64,000 nucleotides of DNA from Stegostoma tigrinum. Lineage: Eukaryota. The translations under genes and the position numbers were made by a program. The stretch covers positions 35,016,252 to 35,080,251 of the forward strand of contig NC_081378.1 in NCBI RefSeq assembly GCF_030684315.1. Direction: 5' to 3'. Positions 11,837 through 25,307 of this stretch are shown here, piece after piece. How positions within the stretch are numbered: the first letter of the stretch is position 1; each line of letters starts with the position of its first letter. Below the pieces are notes generated by a model. It had not been told where the DNA came from. It made no database searches and was given only the letters and a program-made list of their open reading frames with translations.

Positions 11837-13610
11837 AGAGGGGGATGGGGTGAGGGTTCTTGAATAAATAGGGAGAGAGGGGGAGGCGGACCGAAGATGG
11901 GGAGAAAAGAAGATAGGTGGAGAGGAGAGTATAGGTGGGGAGGTAGGGAGGGGATAGGTCATTCCAGGGAAGACGGACAGGTCAAGGAGGTGGGATGAGG
12001 TTAGTAGTTAGGAGATGGAGGTGCGGCTTGGGGTGGGAGGAAGGGATGGGTGAGAGGAAGAACAGGTTAGGGAGACAGAGACAGGTTGGACTGGTTTTGG
12101 GATGCAGTGGGTGGAGGGGAAGAGCTGGGCTGGTTGTGTGGTGCAGTGGGGGGAGGGGACGAGCTGGGCTGGTTTTGGGATGCGGTGGGGGAAGGGCAGA
12201 TTTTGAAGCTGGTGAAGTCCACATTGATACCATTGGGCTGCAGGGTTCCCAAGCGGAATATGAGTTGCTGTTCCTGCAACCTTCGGGTGGCATCATTGTG
12301 GCACTGCAGGAGGCCCATGATGGACATGTCATCTAAAGAATGGGAGGGGGAGTCGAAATGGTTTGCAACTAGGAGGTGCAGTTGTTTATTGCGAACCGAG
12401 CAGAGGCGTTCTGCAAAGCGGTCCCCAAGCCTCCACTTGGTTTCCCCAATGTAGAGGAAGCCACACCAGGTACAGTGGATGCAGTATACCACATTGGCAG
12501 ATGTGCAGGTGAACCTCTGCTTAATGTGGAAAGTCATTTTGGGGCCTGGGATAGAGGTGAGGGAGGAGGTGTGGGGGCAAGTGTAGCATTTCCTGCGGTT
12601 GTAGGGGAAGGTGCCAGGTGTGGTGGGGTTGGAGGGCATTGTGGAGCGAACAAGGGAGTCATGGAGAGAGTGGTCTCTCCGGAAAGCAGACAGGGGTGGG
12701 GATTGAAAAATGTCTTGGGTGGTGGGGTCGGATTGTAGATGGCGGAAGTGTCGGAGGATGATGCGTTGTATCTGGAGGTTGGTGGGGTGCTGTGTGAGAA
12801 CGAGGGGAATCCTCTTTGGGTGGTTGTGGCAGAGGCGGGATGTGAGGGATGTGTTGCGGGAAATGTGGGAGACGCAGTCAAGGGTGTTCTCGACCACTGT
12901 GGGGGGAAAATTGCGGTCCTTGAAGAACTTGGACATCTGGGATGTGTGGGAGTGGAATGCCTCATTGTGGGAGCAGATGCGGCGGAGGCGGAGGAATTGG
13001 GAATAGGGGATGGAATTCTTGCAGGAGGGTGGGTGGGAGGAGGTGTATTCTAGGTAGCTGTGTGAGTTGGTGGGCTTGAAATGGACATCAGTTACAAGCT
13101 GGTTGCCTGAGATGGAGACTGAGAGGTCCAGGAAGTTGAGGGATGTGCTGGAGATGGCCCAGGTGAACTGAAGGTTGGTGTGGAAGGTGTTGGTGAAGTG
13201 GATGAACTGTTCGAGCTCCTCTGGGGAGCAAGAGGCGGCGCCGATACAGTCATCAATGTAACGGAGGAAGAGGTGAGGTTTGGGGCCTGTGTAGGTACGG
13301 AAGAGGGACTGTTCCACGTAACCTACAAAGATGCACCCACTGCATCCCAAAACCAGTCCAACCTGTCTCTGCCTCCCTAACCTGTTCTTCCTCTCACCCA
13401 TCCCTTCCTCCCACCCCAAGCCGCACCTCCATCTCCCACCTACTAACCTCATCCCACCTCCTTGACCTGTCCATCTTCCCTGGACTGACCTATCCCCTCC
13501 CTACCTCCCCACCTATACTCTCCTCTCTACCTATCTTCTTTTCTCTCCATCTTCGGTCCGCCTCCCCCTCTCTCCCTATTTATTCCAGAATCCTCACCCC
13601 ATCCCCCTCT

Positions 13611-13638
13611 CTGATGAGGGGTCTAGGCCTGAAACGTC
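13611..13638 (+). ncRNA. Minimal hammerhead ribozyme motif
   Basis: ctgatgaggggtctaggcctgaaacgtc. Confidence 0.65.
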
Positions 13639-13742
13639 AGCTTTTGTGCTCCTGAGATGCTGCTGGGCCTGCTGTGTTCATCCAGCCTCACATTTCATTG
13701 TCTTGGATTCTCCAGCATCTGCAGTTCCCATTATCACTGATA

Positions 13743-14395
13743 CATGGTTAAAAAGGTGATCGGCGTATTTGCCTTCATTGCTCAGTCCTTTGAGTATTGG
13801 AGTTCCGAAGTCATGTTGAGGTTTTTCAGGACACAGGTGAGGGTCTTCTGGAATACTGTATTCAGTTATCAGAAAGATATAATGAAGATGGAGAGAGTTC
13901 AGAAGACACTTACCAGGATGTTGCCAGGTACGGAAGGTGAGTTACAAAGGAGCCTTGGATAGGCATGTGTTGCTGTCCCCTCCCACGCAAATTATGCCCT
14001 TTTCACTGGAGTGTAGGAGGCGGAGGGGCAACCTGGTAGAAGTTTATAAAATAAATGGGAGGAATAGATAGAGCTAACGGTAGTTGCTTTTCCATGGGAT
14101 GGGGGGATTTCAAGACTAGGGAACACATTTCCAAGGTGACAGGAGAGAGATTTAAAAAAGAAATGAGGGGCAATTTTTTTTTAAAGAGGGCGGTTTGCAT
14201 GTGGAATAAACTTCCTGAGAAAGTAGTGAATGTGTGTAGAATTACAACATTTGAAATACATTTGGAGAGGTACATGAATAAGAAAGGTTTGGAGGGTTAC
14301 AGACTAGGAGCAGGCACGTGGGAATAGTTTAGTTTGGGATAATGTTCAGCATGGATCAGTTGGACTGAAGGGTCTTTTTCCATCCTGTCTGGCTC
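13743..14395 (+). mobile_element. CR1 LINE 3' fragment (5' part continues at ~11670-11747)
   Basis: Translates to CR1 ORF2 C-terminus-like peptides (MERVQKTLTRMLPG; FFLKRAVCMWNKLPEKVV). Confidence 0.8.
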
Positions 14396-17300
14396 TACCT
14401 GAACAATCTTCAGCTCGAAGTGTTGAGTGGCCTTGACCAGAGGTCCCCAGCAACATATGCTACTTTTCAGTTAATTTCATCCAATCTAATGATATCCAGA
14501 AACCTTTGGTGTCAATGGATACTGCAAAATCTATGGGCCCTGACAACATTCCAGTAATCGTACTGAAGACTTGCTACATTACTAAGCAAGCTGTTCCAGT
14601 GCAGTTAATTATCTGCCCAACAAAGTGAAAATTCACCTAGGTATGTCCTGTGTAGAAAAGGGGACAAATCCAACCCAGTCACTTACCACCCCACCAGTCT
14701 CTTCTTGTTAACCTGTAAGCTGATGGAAGGAGTCATCAAAAGTTAAGTTTTTCCCTTACTGATTAAGAACCCCTCTGTCTTAAATTCACTCAGACTCGGC
14801 TTCCACAGCCTTCTGCAGGAATGAGTTCCAAAGACTAACTACCTTTTGGCTGAAGACATTCCTCCTCATTCTCAGTTCTAAAGGGTGGTCCCTACACTCT
14901 GAGTCTGTGCCCTTAGGTGCCAGTCTCTTCGACTAGTGAAACCACCTTCTTCAGGTCCACTCTATCAAAGCCACTCGGTATTTTGTAAGTTTCAATAACA
15001 GCCTGCTTTCATCTTTCTAAACTCCGTTGAGTACAGACCCAGAAACCTTAACTGCCCCTCATATGACAAGCCCATCACCCCCAGGATCATTCTTGTAAAT
15101 CTCCTATGGACTCCCTTCAACACCTACACATCCTTGCTTAGATATGAGGCCCAAAACTGCTCACAATATTCCAAATGCGGTTTGACAGCAGCCGTACAGA
15201 TCCTCAGCAGTACATTTCTGCTTTTACATTCTAGTCTTCTTGAAGTGAATGCTAACATTGCATTTGCCTTCCAAAATGCCAACTGAACCTGTATGTTAAC
15301 CTTAAGAGAATCATCATGTAAACTCGATCTTCAGGTCCCATTGTGCTTCACATTTCTGAAGCCTTTGTCTGTTTAGAAATTAGTCAGTCTCTAACCAAAG
15401 TGCATAACCTCACTTTCCTATATTGCATTCCATCTGCCACTTCTTTGCCCACTCTCCTAGTGAAGTCCCTTTGCACCTCTCCCTGCTCAATGTTGTAATT
15501 ATGCATCTCTGCAGCAAGTGAGGGTTGAACCTGAGCCTTCTGGCTCAAAGATAGGGACACTACCAATACATCACAAGAGCGCTTAGTTCCTCAGCGTAGT
15601 ATCTTAGGCCCAACCACCTTCTGCTGCCTCAAAGATCTTCTCTCCATCATCAGATCAAAAGTGGGAATGTTTACTGATGTTTGTGCAATGTTCAGCATTT
15701 GACTCCGCAGATACTGAAGCAGTCCATGTCCAAATGCAACAAGACCTGGACAATATCCAGTCTTGGCTGAAAAGTGGCAACTGGCATTTGTACCACACAA
15801 TTGGCAGACAATTTAATTGCCGCCCTTTGACATTAAAGATGTTGCCATAACTGCATCCTGCATTATCAAATCCTGGGAGTTACCATTGACCAGAAACCGA
15901 ACCAGACTTGCCACATAAATACAGTGGTTATAAGAGCAGGTTAGATGCTAGGAAATTTGAAGTGAATAACTTCACCTCCTGACTCCACAAAGCTTACCCA
16001 CCATCCACACAGTTTAACTCAAGAATATGATGAATACTCACCACTGCCCACATGAATGGAACTGCAAAGATCAAAGAAGCTTGACACCATCAAGGACAAA
16101 GCAGCCTGCTTAATTGTTTGTGAATGGGGTGCCATTCAGTCACTCCAGTACTGACTTGCAGAGGCAGTAACGAGCACTATCTAGAAGATAGTACAGCTAG
16201 ATGCACTGCAGAAATTCACAAGAGATTCTTTGAAAGCAACTTCCATACCCATGACCAATATCATATAGAAGGTCAACAGCAGCAGATATGTGGGAACAAC
16301 ATCACTTACAAAAGTTCCCTTCCAAGTTACTCACTAGACTGACTTAGAAATGTCTTGCATTTTCTTCAGTGTCACTGGGTCAAAGTCTTGGAGTTCCCTC
16401 CTTTAAATCGATGTGCTTTGGCCCAGTGTGAAAAATTGCAGTGGCTCATGAAAGTAGCTAAGTCTGGCCTATTCAGCAATGTCCAAATTCCACGAGCAAA
16501 TTTAAAAAAAAATCTGCAGTCCATCAGGTGTACATGCGCCCATAGTGTTTTTAAGTATAGAGCATCATTTGTTTGTTATTGGGAAGTAACACATTAATTT
16601 GTGTAGATTTGGTTTACTTGAAATTCCAGCACAGATTTAACAGCTCAGACTACAACTGTGTGCAACCTCCTTGTAGCTTACTTCTGCTGGTCTGTACATA
16701 GTAGCCATGATGTGGCGGTGCCGTGTTGGACTGAGGTGGACAACGTCAGAAGTCACACAACAACATGTTATAGCCCAACTGGACTACAAATAAATTTGGA
16801 CTATAACCTAGTAGTGTGTGACTTCTGACCTGGACATAGCAGTTAGTCAGGTCATTATACCCTGATCCTTGCTACATTACCACACCCAATTCTTGCAGGT
16901 GGCTTTCACTGTTCTTCTAGAAGGTGGAGACTGTAAACTTGTAAAGAGCTGTTGAGAAAGCTTTACTGAGTTGCTGCAATACACTTTGTAGATGGTACAA
17001 TCAAATGTTGCATTTTCCTGGATGTTGCCGAGCTATGTGAGATCTGGCCTCACCCAGGCAAGCAGAGGGATTGCCGAGGAATATAAATGGTGTGATCACT
17101 GGTATCCAACAACTACAGTCATGTTCCTCTGTGTGTATTAATCCAAGCAATGTAGGATTTTTTTTTTTTTTACTTTAATCTCCATGAATTTAAACGTTTC
17201 TACAATTCCTTAATTTTGCACTGGGTTAAATGCCACCCTGACGTCAAGGACAGTTAATCTCAGCTCATCTCACCTCAGGAATTTAGCTCTTAATATTGAA

Positions 17301-20300
17301 ATGCTATCAACAGAAGGAAGTAAGGAATACTAATTAATATAGATGTTTGTTACAGAAACTGAACTCATGAACAAATGAGCATTTGTATTAAAATTTTATT
17401 ACAAATTTCAAATGAGGAAATATATAATTATGGCAATAATTTATTACAAGTTACAACATCTAAAGTATCAACTAAAATGTAACTGACAAGAATAGCCCCA
17501 AACTTGTTACAGGTAATACAAGCTACTAAACTGTGGCAGTGTTAAACACAATAATTTTCACATTATAGCACACAGTAAGTTAACCTCCATGGCTCTCTGG
17601 ACCTGTATTTATTGTCCAGTTGAATTACCAACTATCACAGCCAATCTCCTATTTTCTGCAATCCTCAAAGTAGTGGTATTTACCACTATAAAAAGCATTC
17701 TGTTATTCTAAGGAAGAAATCATTAATAATGGAAGACAACAATTTCAGGTTTGGGTTTATAATTCAGGCCCATACACTGTCTATTTTATTGTAAAATGCA
17801 GGTCTTTCCACATTGAGATAAATGTCAATGTTTTCATTGGAGTATCAATGTTTAGTTAAGAAAAGTGATATTCAAAAAAAAAAGAAACAAATGCAGATAC
17901 TGGAGATCTGAAACAAAAACAGAAATTGTTGATGAAACTCAGCAGGTCTGGCAGCATCTGCGGGATGAAAGCAGAGTTAATATTGCGAGTCTGGCAACGC
18001 TTCACATATGCATAAAAATGTTTTGTGCAGATTGATGCTGGGGAATGGAGCATCCTCCAATCCAGATAACCAGGGTTAACATTATGTATTGGCAAGTCAG
18101 GCATAACAAATCAGGCACAGAGCAAAGCTCTCTCCGACCATTCCCCAACAATGTAGCTCAAAAGGGCACTCTCCATTGCATCAGTCTGGGATTTTTTCTC
18201 CATCTTCCACACCAACCATCCTTTGCCTGACTGGAGGCAGTAGCAATGTTACATTACTTCTGCCCAGTAGAAACTAGAATAAAACTAGTGAAATTAGTTT
18301 ATTTTAATTTCTACAGCCACCTGCCAGAGGAAAATTATCTTGTCAGTTTGGGTTGCTAGCTAGATTTGAAAAGGTAATGTCTAACTTATGACACCACTGA
18401 GTTCCAAAAACCATTGCTTCTTTTTCTTTAGGTCATTCTAAACTTTGGGAAAAGGCAAGGAAAGTAGAAAAATATCACAATTTCATAAAACATAGTGAAC
18501 AAAGTTAATGTGCAAACATGTAATAAAACAATTAAAAATTATTTCACTCTTCTACTTCAGTAAAGTTCAGAAGTGTTTCATCCTAAAAATAAGTATTCAT
18601 ACAAAGTTGACTGAAATGGTGTTTTACTTAATCATCCATTGGACGACCAATGGAAATATTGGGCAAAACAGCAAGGACTGCAGATGCTGGAATTTGATAT
18701 AAAAAGCACAGAATGCCAGAAATGCTCAGATGAGGCAGCATCTGTAGCCAGGGTCAACATTTTAATCATCAACAGCACTAAATGTTTCAGGTCTTTAACC
18801 TTCCAAGAAATTTGACAAAGTTGAATATAACAGGTTCTAATTAAGTACAGAGTTCAGGAAAGAAACTGGGGAGAAAGCAAGGTAAGAAAAATGGCAGAAG
18901 GAATGGTCTGTGATAAAAGGTGGAAGACACGAATAACTAAATTACAAATGGAATGACAGTGCACATTAAAGAAAGTCATAATGGGACAATTGAAGGAACC
19001 AAAGGCAGATCAATAAGATCTGTAAAAGATATCTGCTATCTAATTAAAAATAAGCAGTGCAATGGTTTAAAATTATTGAAGTCATTGTCAATTCACAAGC
19101 ATGTAATGTGCTTTGTTGAAATAGGAGGAGTTCTGATTTGGGATTAAATTGAGTGTCATCAAAACTTTGAAGGATATTTAGTACAGAGAGGCTGGAGTGA
19201 GAGTGGGGAGGTGAATTAAAATGGAGTTACTGGGCAATTGTTACTTCTTATTCAATATACAGAATAGAGCATTTCTCTGCAATGTTAAAATGTGACATAC
19301 TTAGGTTAAAGTTGTGCAGTTTGTTTTCAAAAAATTGTCTCATTGTTCCAATACTGCTGAGGTGAATAAAATTGGACCTGTAATTTTCCATTTGTACAGA
19401 ACTGGAATTTTGTTTCAATAATGAACAGAACACAGCCTGAAGCTCTTACTGTGAAGCAATCACAAACATTTAAAGCTAGTAACCAAATTTTCCAATATAT
19501 GTGCAAATAAAAAAAACTGCCTGTGTATGTCTGTGTACATAATCAATGAAAATTCTGACCAATGGTTAATAAATTTAAAACAAATACAAGTAGAAGAAAA
19601 TACTCCCTTTAAAATCCTTTGGTTGAAATATTACATTCATTTTAAAAATAATGTTTATATTCACTCCCAGGATGTGGGCTAAGTTGCTGGGAGATGACTT
19701 GAGAATCAATCACATTGCTGTGGGCCTGGGTCACATGCAGGCCAGACCAGCTAAGGATGGCAGATTTCCTTCCTTAAAAGGACATTAGTGAACCAGATGG
19801 GATTTTCCTGACAATTGACAACAGTTTCATGGTCATCACTAGACTATGAATTCCAGATTTCCACGCAGAATTTGAACCCGGGTCCCTACATTAATAGTTC
19901 AGTAATAATACCACTAAGTCTCCCTTACTTTCACAATATTGTATTAAAATGTAAAAACAATTTAATTGTAATGCAATAACAAATCCAATCACCAACTGCC
20001 AACATAATACAACCACTTCAAAAACTACTCTGCTCCTCAGCTCCTAACACTTTGAGAGTCTCAAAAGTACATGTGACACTGATTGTGTATTGTCACTAAG
20101 GTTTGCTTATTTCTTTCTTCTACGAAATATCTTAGGATTTTAATCTACGTTAAATGACCGTGCACTGACCGTTTTTTTTCATATACTAAATACAAATTTA
20201 AAGGTTAGTTACCTTCTATCACACGTGATGGAGTGTGACGCCTCGCTGGAATAATAGGGTGTTTCTAGACATAAATATGGCAGTTAGCCCACTGCATTAT

Positions 20301-21666
20301 ATTCATGATGTAAAAAAGCTCAAGACCCTTTGGAAACAGATTTTATGCACAGAATTATCTCTATTCAGCATAATGAATTTCTATTCCATTGATCTCATGA
20401 ATGGAGGTAGTTATTTTAGGTGTTTAGTTCATCAGAATAGCAGCATTAATGCTGATCAGAAATGCTGGGTCGGTGGGGTATTTTAGCAACTTTTAAATAG
20501 AAATCTTTTCAAAGCGTACAGTCTCACTTGTAAAGAAATACAAGATACACTTATTTTAAAATTCTGAATTTTTAGACAAGAAACCGTATCATAGAACTTT
20601 TGGCGAAGTATAAGCTGCACTGATTCACCTTATTCTTGTGTGTGATTCTATCCCCATCTTAACATGTGCCATTCCCAGAAATAGCCATTCACCAGATATC
20701 CATCAACCCTTTCACCTGCACCATCTTGAATGGTTGTTGTGAACCCAGATAAGCACGGTCAATCTTGACCTGCTGTGCATGGTTTCTGACATTTCCCCTG
20801 GACGTGGCAGATAGGGGAAATTGGCATCCTGCTTGTGACAGGGGACCTTACTTTGGGGTGGTACACAAGTTCCAGTCCCTGAGCTGGGTGTCTGTCCCTA
20901 AGCGCACAGTGTTCTTGATTTGGTGATAGTTGTCACTGCATCCCGAGGTTCTCATGTCAGATGCTTAATGGGGTACATATGGCCAGAACCCATAACGTTG
21001 GTGTCAGTATCTATCAATGGAGGTTTCTGCACAAACAATGAGCAAAATCACCAGGTATCTGCTCAGATTTGCACATCAAGATTTTCTGATGTCAGTCTTG
21101 TTTGGCTATTTGGTAAGATTGGAAGCTGAATATTAACGAAGCGAGTTGATCATGAATAAGGCATTTAACAAGCTCTATTCCCCTTGTTTGACAACTTGTG
21201 TTGCATTGTGAGAAACCCATCAAAAATACAGCGAAAGGGTTCTTGTGGTGCAGTGCAAGTGTCTCTATCTATGAGCCTGGGGAACTGAACTTATTTTTAC
21301 ATAATTAAAACTAATGGCAAAATACAAAATTTTATTTAATAAGAATCTGCGGATTTGTCATTAAAATAGCGTGAAAGACTGAAGTCCTCAATGCTACTTA
21401 AGAGTCTGTTGATGTTAAAACTACTGAGAAGGTAAACAGCTACCTTACAACCCTAGCTGATTCGAAATGTACCTGTAATAACACATTTGTAGTTAGTAAC
21501 TTCTTTGTTACCACAGGAATTCTAGGTACTAGGTCAAAAGGTCATCTAAACTTGTTTTCTGCTCAAGGTTTGTTTACTAGGTCCCAGCAAGTGATTTTCT
21601 ATCAAATCTTTTAAAATCTTGTAAAATGTGCAGCTTAGCAGACATTTTATTAAAAAAAACATGATC

Positions 21667-21914
21667 TCATAAACCATAATTGTCACAGAGATAATCGAGA
21701 ACAGCTGACATACTTGATAACGCATTAAAGATTTTCTTCTCTTGTTTTGAAGTTATTCTTTCCAACATATACATCAAATGGTGATGAAAACAAGTGTATG
21801 GTGTTCCATGTTCCAAAGCAATGTCTACCCAGTCCCGAACACACTGTAAAGGGGTTTCTTCATATCCGGCAAACATAGCAGGATTTGCTAAAAGGCCTCG
21901 TGCAGCCATTACAC
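21667..21914 (-). CDS. DUS4L: DUS4L tRNA-dihydrouridine(20a/20b) synthase-like, last coding exon (6 of 6)
   Basis: gtccag|GT GTA ATG GCT..., (G)VMAARGLLANPAMFAGYEETPLQC...DYLCDNYGL-stop; 248 nt; matches the DUS4L C-terminus. Confidence 0.95.
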
Positions 21915-22639
21915 CTGGACACAGTAAACAAAGGGAAATAGTTTAAAGGCAGACAAAATTGAAAGCGTGTGCATTTTTGACAAAACCTGACAAATTAACA
22001 ATAGTGTCTTCCATCAAAGTGGCTAGATAATAAGGATGCACATTGCTAATTGCCAAGTGTGCTGAGTGACCTGGACAGTAATTTTCTCTGGTCAGTTTTC
22101 CAACTGCTCAGTCAAGTTTTTAATGCAAGCCAACTCAGACCCTCACAAGGACATAAGATTCTACAATTGCAGCTAAGTTGTCATAATTTAACTTTCTAGA
22201 ACTAACAATCACAACACATTTAAAATGTCCATTACTTTCTTGGTCTTCTGGAGCCCATTTTCGTCATTGTACTTGTTGGTAGTGGAGGTGGGGAGGTGTA
22301 GTTATGAAAGTGGAGTAACTATATTTAATGGTGTTGGGAACAATTTTTATTACTCCGCACCCTGGCAGCTGCACCATCTGCAGTGAAACTGCAACTATTC
22401 AAATTCAGAAATGAACTTCAACTCTGGGTTGAAAGAATCATAGAATCCCTACAGTGTGGAAACAGGCCATTTGACCCATTGAGTCCACATGGATTCTCTG
22501 AAGAGAATCCCATTAAGACCCACCCCCAAACCCAATCTCTGTAACCTCATATTTCCCATAGCTAAACCGAGCCTGCACATCTTTGGACTTTGGTAGAAAC
22601 GCACACAGGCACAGGGAGACTTTAAGGTTTTCTCTAAGC

Positions 22640-23305
22640 AGATTTGCAGCCTGGGTTGTGGATGTTGTGGTTGGTTGGCTCACGGAGCTGGTTCGTTGTT
22701 CCGCAGACGTCTCATTACCCTGCTGTGTAACATCATCAGTGCAGCCTCCAATGAAGCACTGTTGTGTTTTCCCGCCTGGTATTTAAACTCGAGTCCGTTG
22801 AACTGGATGACCTCACTTCCAGTTTTCCTTCGCAGTGGAGTGTATACAGGGTCCCTCTCTCTGTGTTTGTTGATGGCCAATTGGTGTTCTTGTATGCTTG
22901 TTGTTAATTTTCTTCCTGGTTGTCCGATGTAGTGTTTGTCACAATCTCTGCATGGAATTTTGTATATGACACTGGTCTTCTCCACAGTGGGTAGCAGATC
23001 TTTGATTTGGGTGAGCAGTTATCATAGGGCTGATGTGGGTTTATGTGCTACTCTCATGCCCAATGGCCATACGAGTCTTACTAAGACCACTTCTTACCTC
23101 TACGACCACTGGGCAGGAGAGTAGCACACAAAGCCACATGACCCTACGACAACTGCTCACCCACACTGGAGAGGACCAATGTCATATACAAGATTCCCTG
23201 CAGAGACTGTGACAAACACAATATCGGACAGACAGGGAGGAAATTGACAACAAGGGTACACGAACATCAATTGGCTACAAAAAGACACGAACAATACTCA
23301 CTGAC
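22640..23305. mobile_element. Second PLE family (Poseidon-like) as an inverted pair
   Basis: Minus: SVIYKIPCRDCDKHYIGQPGRKL..IQEH. Plus (~23178-23300): NVIYKIPCRDCDKHNIGQTGRKLTTRVHEH. Symmetry centre near 23090. Confidence 0.8.
22703..22742 (-). ncRNA. Hammerhead motif of a second PLE family, one core substitution
   Basis: Reverse complement gca-CTGATGA-t-gttac(acagcagg)gtaat-GAGA-cgtc-tgc: stem I gca/tgc and 5-bp stem II present, GAAA changed to GAGA. Confidence 0.55.
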
Positions 23306-25080
23306 TGGAGTTACGCCAAGCGAGAGTGCAAAATCATGGGCAAACCATCATTTGACACTGAGACCTCTGTGAAACAATGCTCAAACCCTGCAAATATCAT
23401 TAAGTCTGAGAAAAGTTAAACGTGCTTTCTAAGGTCTTGAAAAGTTTTTGGATGTCTTCCTATTCTTCTGCCTGTTTCCCTAGCTTGAAGACACAAAAGC
23501 AATAGAGATGTTCCAGGATTTCACACTGCAGTATGAAAACGTCAAAATTTGACTGCATAAGTGATGACATGCAGACTGTATTGCACTCATCTAAAGATAG
23601 ACCAGGTCTTTCAGATTTGATTCTTAACATTTTGAAGACCTTTTAATGTCCAAGGTCAGGTTATCAAAAGTTGCTAACAGATTGCAAAGTTTTTTTTTTC
23701 TATTTTGCTGCACAACATGGCTTCATGTTTTTTAAGAGCACGTTGTAGGCCAATCAGTTACATGTGGCTTCCTCAACTATGCTGAAACTATGGTTATCCG
23801 AAATACGCAGGCAGGATCCCTGCTGTTCAACTTAGTGACTTTACGATACAAGACGCACTGCAGAATCACACCAGGGATTTTTTGACAGCACCTTCCAATT
23901 CCATAGCCCTTACAAACTAAAAAGATAAAGTCAGCACATGCATATGGCAGCACCATCATCTCCAAGTTTCCCCCCCAAGCCACATATAATCCTGACTTGG
24001 GGCCATATCACTATGCCTTCACAACCTCTGACCAAAAATTGTTACATAAAGGAATTGAGTACCAACATGCCTTATTATATTGCCCTATCTTTATATAGTA
24101 TTATTAAAAAAATCAGTTCCGTGTTTTGTACATCTTCATTTAAAAAAAACACACCTGAACAGAAATGTTTGAGTGAAAAATAAACTCACTTTCAAGTAGA
24201 TGGCAAATGTTTTGAGGAGGTGAATATATTGATAATTTTGTCATAAACACACTAAAGCCTTTTGCATTTGGCTCAGTGAGTTCAGTTTTAAGCCGCAGTC
24301 ATACATGGCCAGGAGGATTTTGGTTCAGTTCCTGCTACTATGTGGGGAGTTAGCTAATCTCAGTTGAGCAGCATTAGGAACATCACATTTGCCTCAAAGC
24401 TATTGGTTTAACAAGAAGTGGTGGAGGTGGAAGAGTAGAACAAAGATTCCCATTCCTAACGGCTATTCAATGTACTTATTGGTTGCAAGTACAACATTTG
24501 GGTGTTAATAGAAAACATAATTGACTTTGCCTAAAAACACTGCTCCCATTACTAATGTACTGTTGGATTTGCTGCTAGGGGTGACTTATAACCTTTGGAG
24601 ATATATTGCAACAAGACGTTTATGCTTCCATAAAAAGGAAAGATGGAGTTAAAAAAAAACAGAAAAAAAGTGACAAAACGTAATTGCTTTTGGATAAAGG
24701 CTAACATTTACTGTAAATTGGGCAGGGAACATCAAAATTCAACTACCATTGCTGCTTTCAATGGAGCAGATTAAATATTTAAGAGACATCAGTTCCAGTG
24801 CCAAGTATCTAAGATAGATAAGTGTTGGAAAGCTCAGTGAATCTGGCAACATAAAGTAACATTGCACGTAAAACATTTGCTGTGTTACTTTTCCTCAGAA
24901 TTGCCCTCAAATTATTATTAATTAATTTTAAATGGTTGTTGTACTTTTTCCGAAGATTTTTGAAAGAGATTATTAAATAGCCTGTAAACAGAAGTTGTTT
25001 CCTTTAAACAGAGCTTATGAAAAAAGTATTAAATCTTAAAATTTTGGAGTTAGTATATTTTCTTCACCAAAATTCTTTAC

Positions 25081-25307
25081 CATCAACTCCGGTCAACTGA
25101 TGCACAGAATCAATATCTTTATGACTCCTTATATCTCCATTTGCTATTACTGGTATATTTAAATTTTCCTTAATAATCTTGATTGTATCATAGTGCACTG
25201 GTTGATGTCGTTCTTCTATTGTTCTGCCATGGACAGTTATCCAAGAGATTCCAGTCGCTTCAACCTTTCGACAGAGATCTACTGTTCTTGCTAGATCTTT
25301 GTGTATT
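25081..25307 (-). CDS. DUS4L: DUS4L coding exon 5
   Basis: cattgcag|A ATA CAC...GTT GAT G|gtaaag; IHKDLARTVDLCRKVEATGISWITVHGRT...PVIANGDI; 227 nt; contains the Dus-family VHGRT and ANGDI motifs. Confidence 0.95.

Larger units (their letters stand above)
11748..13742 (-). mobile_element. Penelope-like retroelement (Neptune-like), 5'-truncated, with inverted 3' arm
   Basis: Minus-strand frame ~13330 to 12067 is open: RT (LRYIDDC), Cys-rich linker (RRKCYTC), GIY-YIG (VVYCIHC..C..LYIGET..RF). About 13333-13742 is an inverted copy of the 3' end. 15-bp TSD catggttaaaaaggt at 11733-11747 and 13743-13757. Splits a CR1 fragment. Confidence 0.92.

Noticed and set aside
11982-13380. Cluster of overlapping 100-140 aa ORFs, repeated at 31.5-33.3, 49.5-49.9 and 61 kb
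   Set aside because: Alternative-frame and antisense readings of the GC-rich PLE, recurring only because the repeat recurs.
12067-13452. 461-aa ORF as a novel host gene or complete PLE protein
   Set aside because: The first ~40 aa are the antisense reading of the inverted arm fused by chance to a 5'-truncated RT; the N-terminal RT motifs are missing.
21330-21655. DUS4L polyadenylation signal (minus-strand AATAAA near 21646-21651 and 21331-21336)
   Set aside because: Several candidates in AT-rich sequence; cannot choose without 3'-end data.
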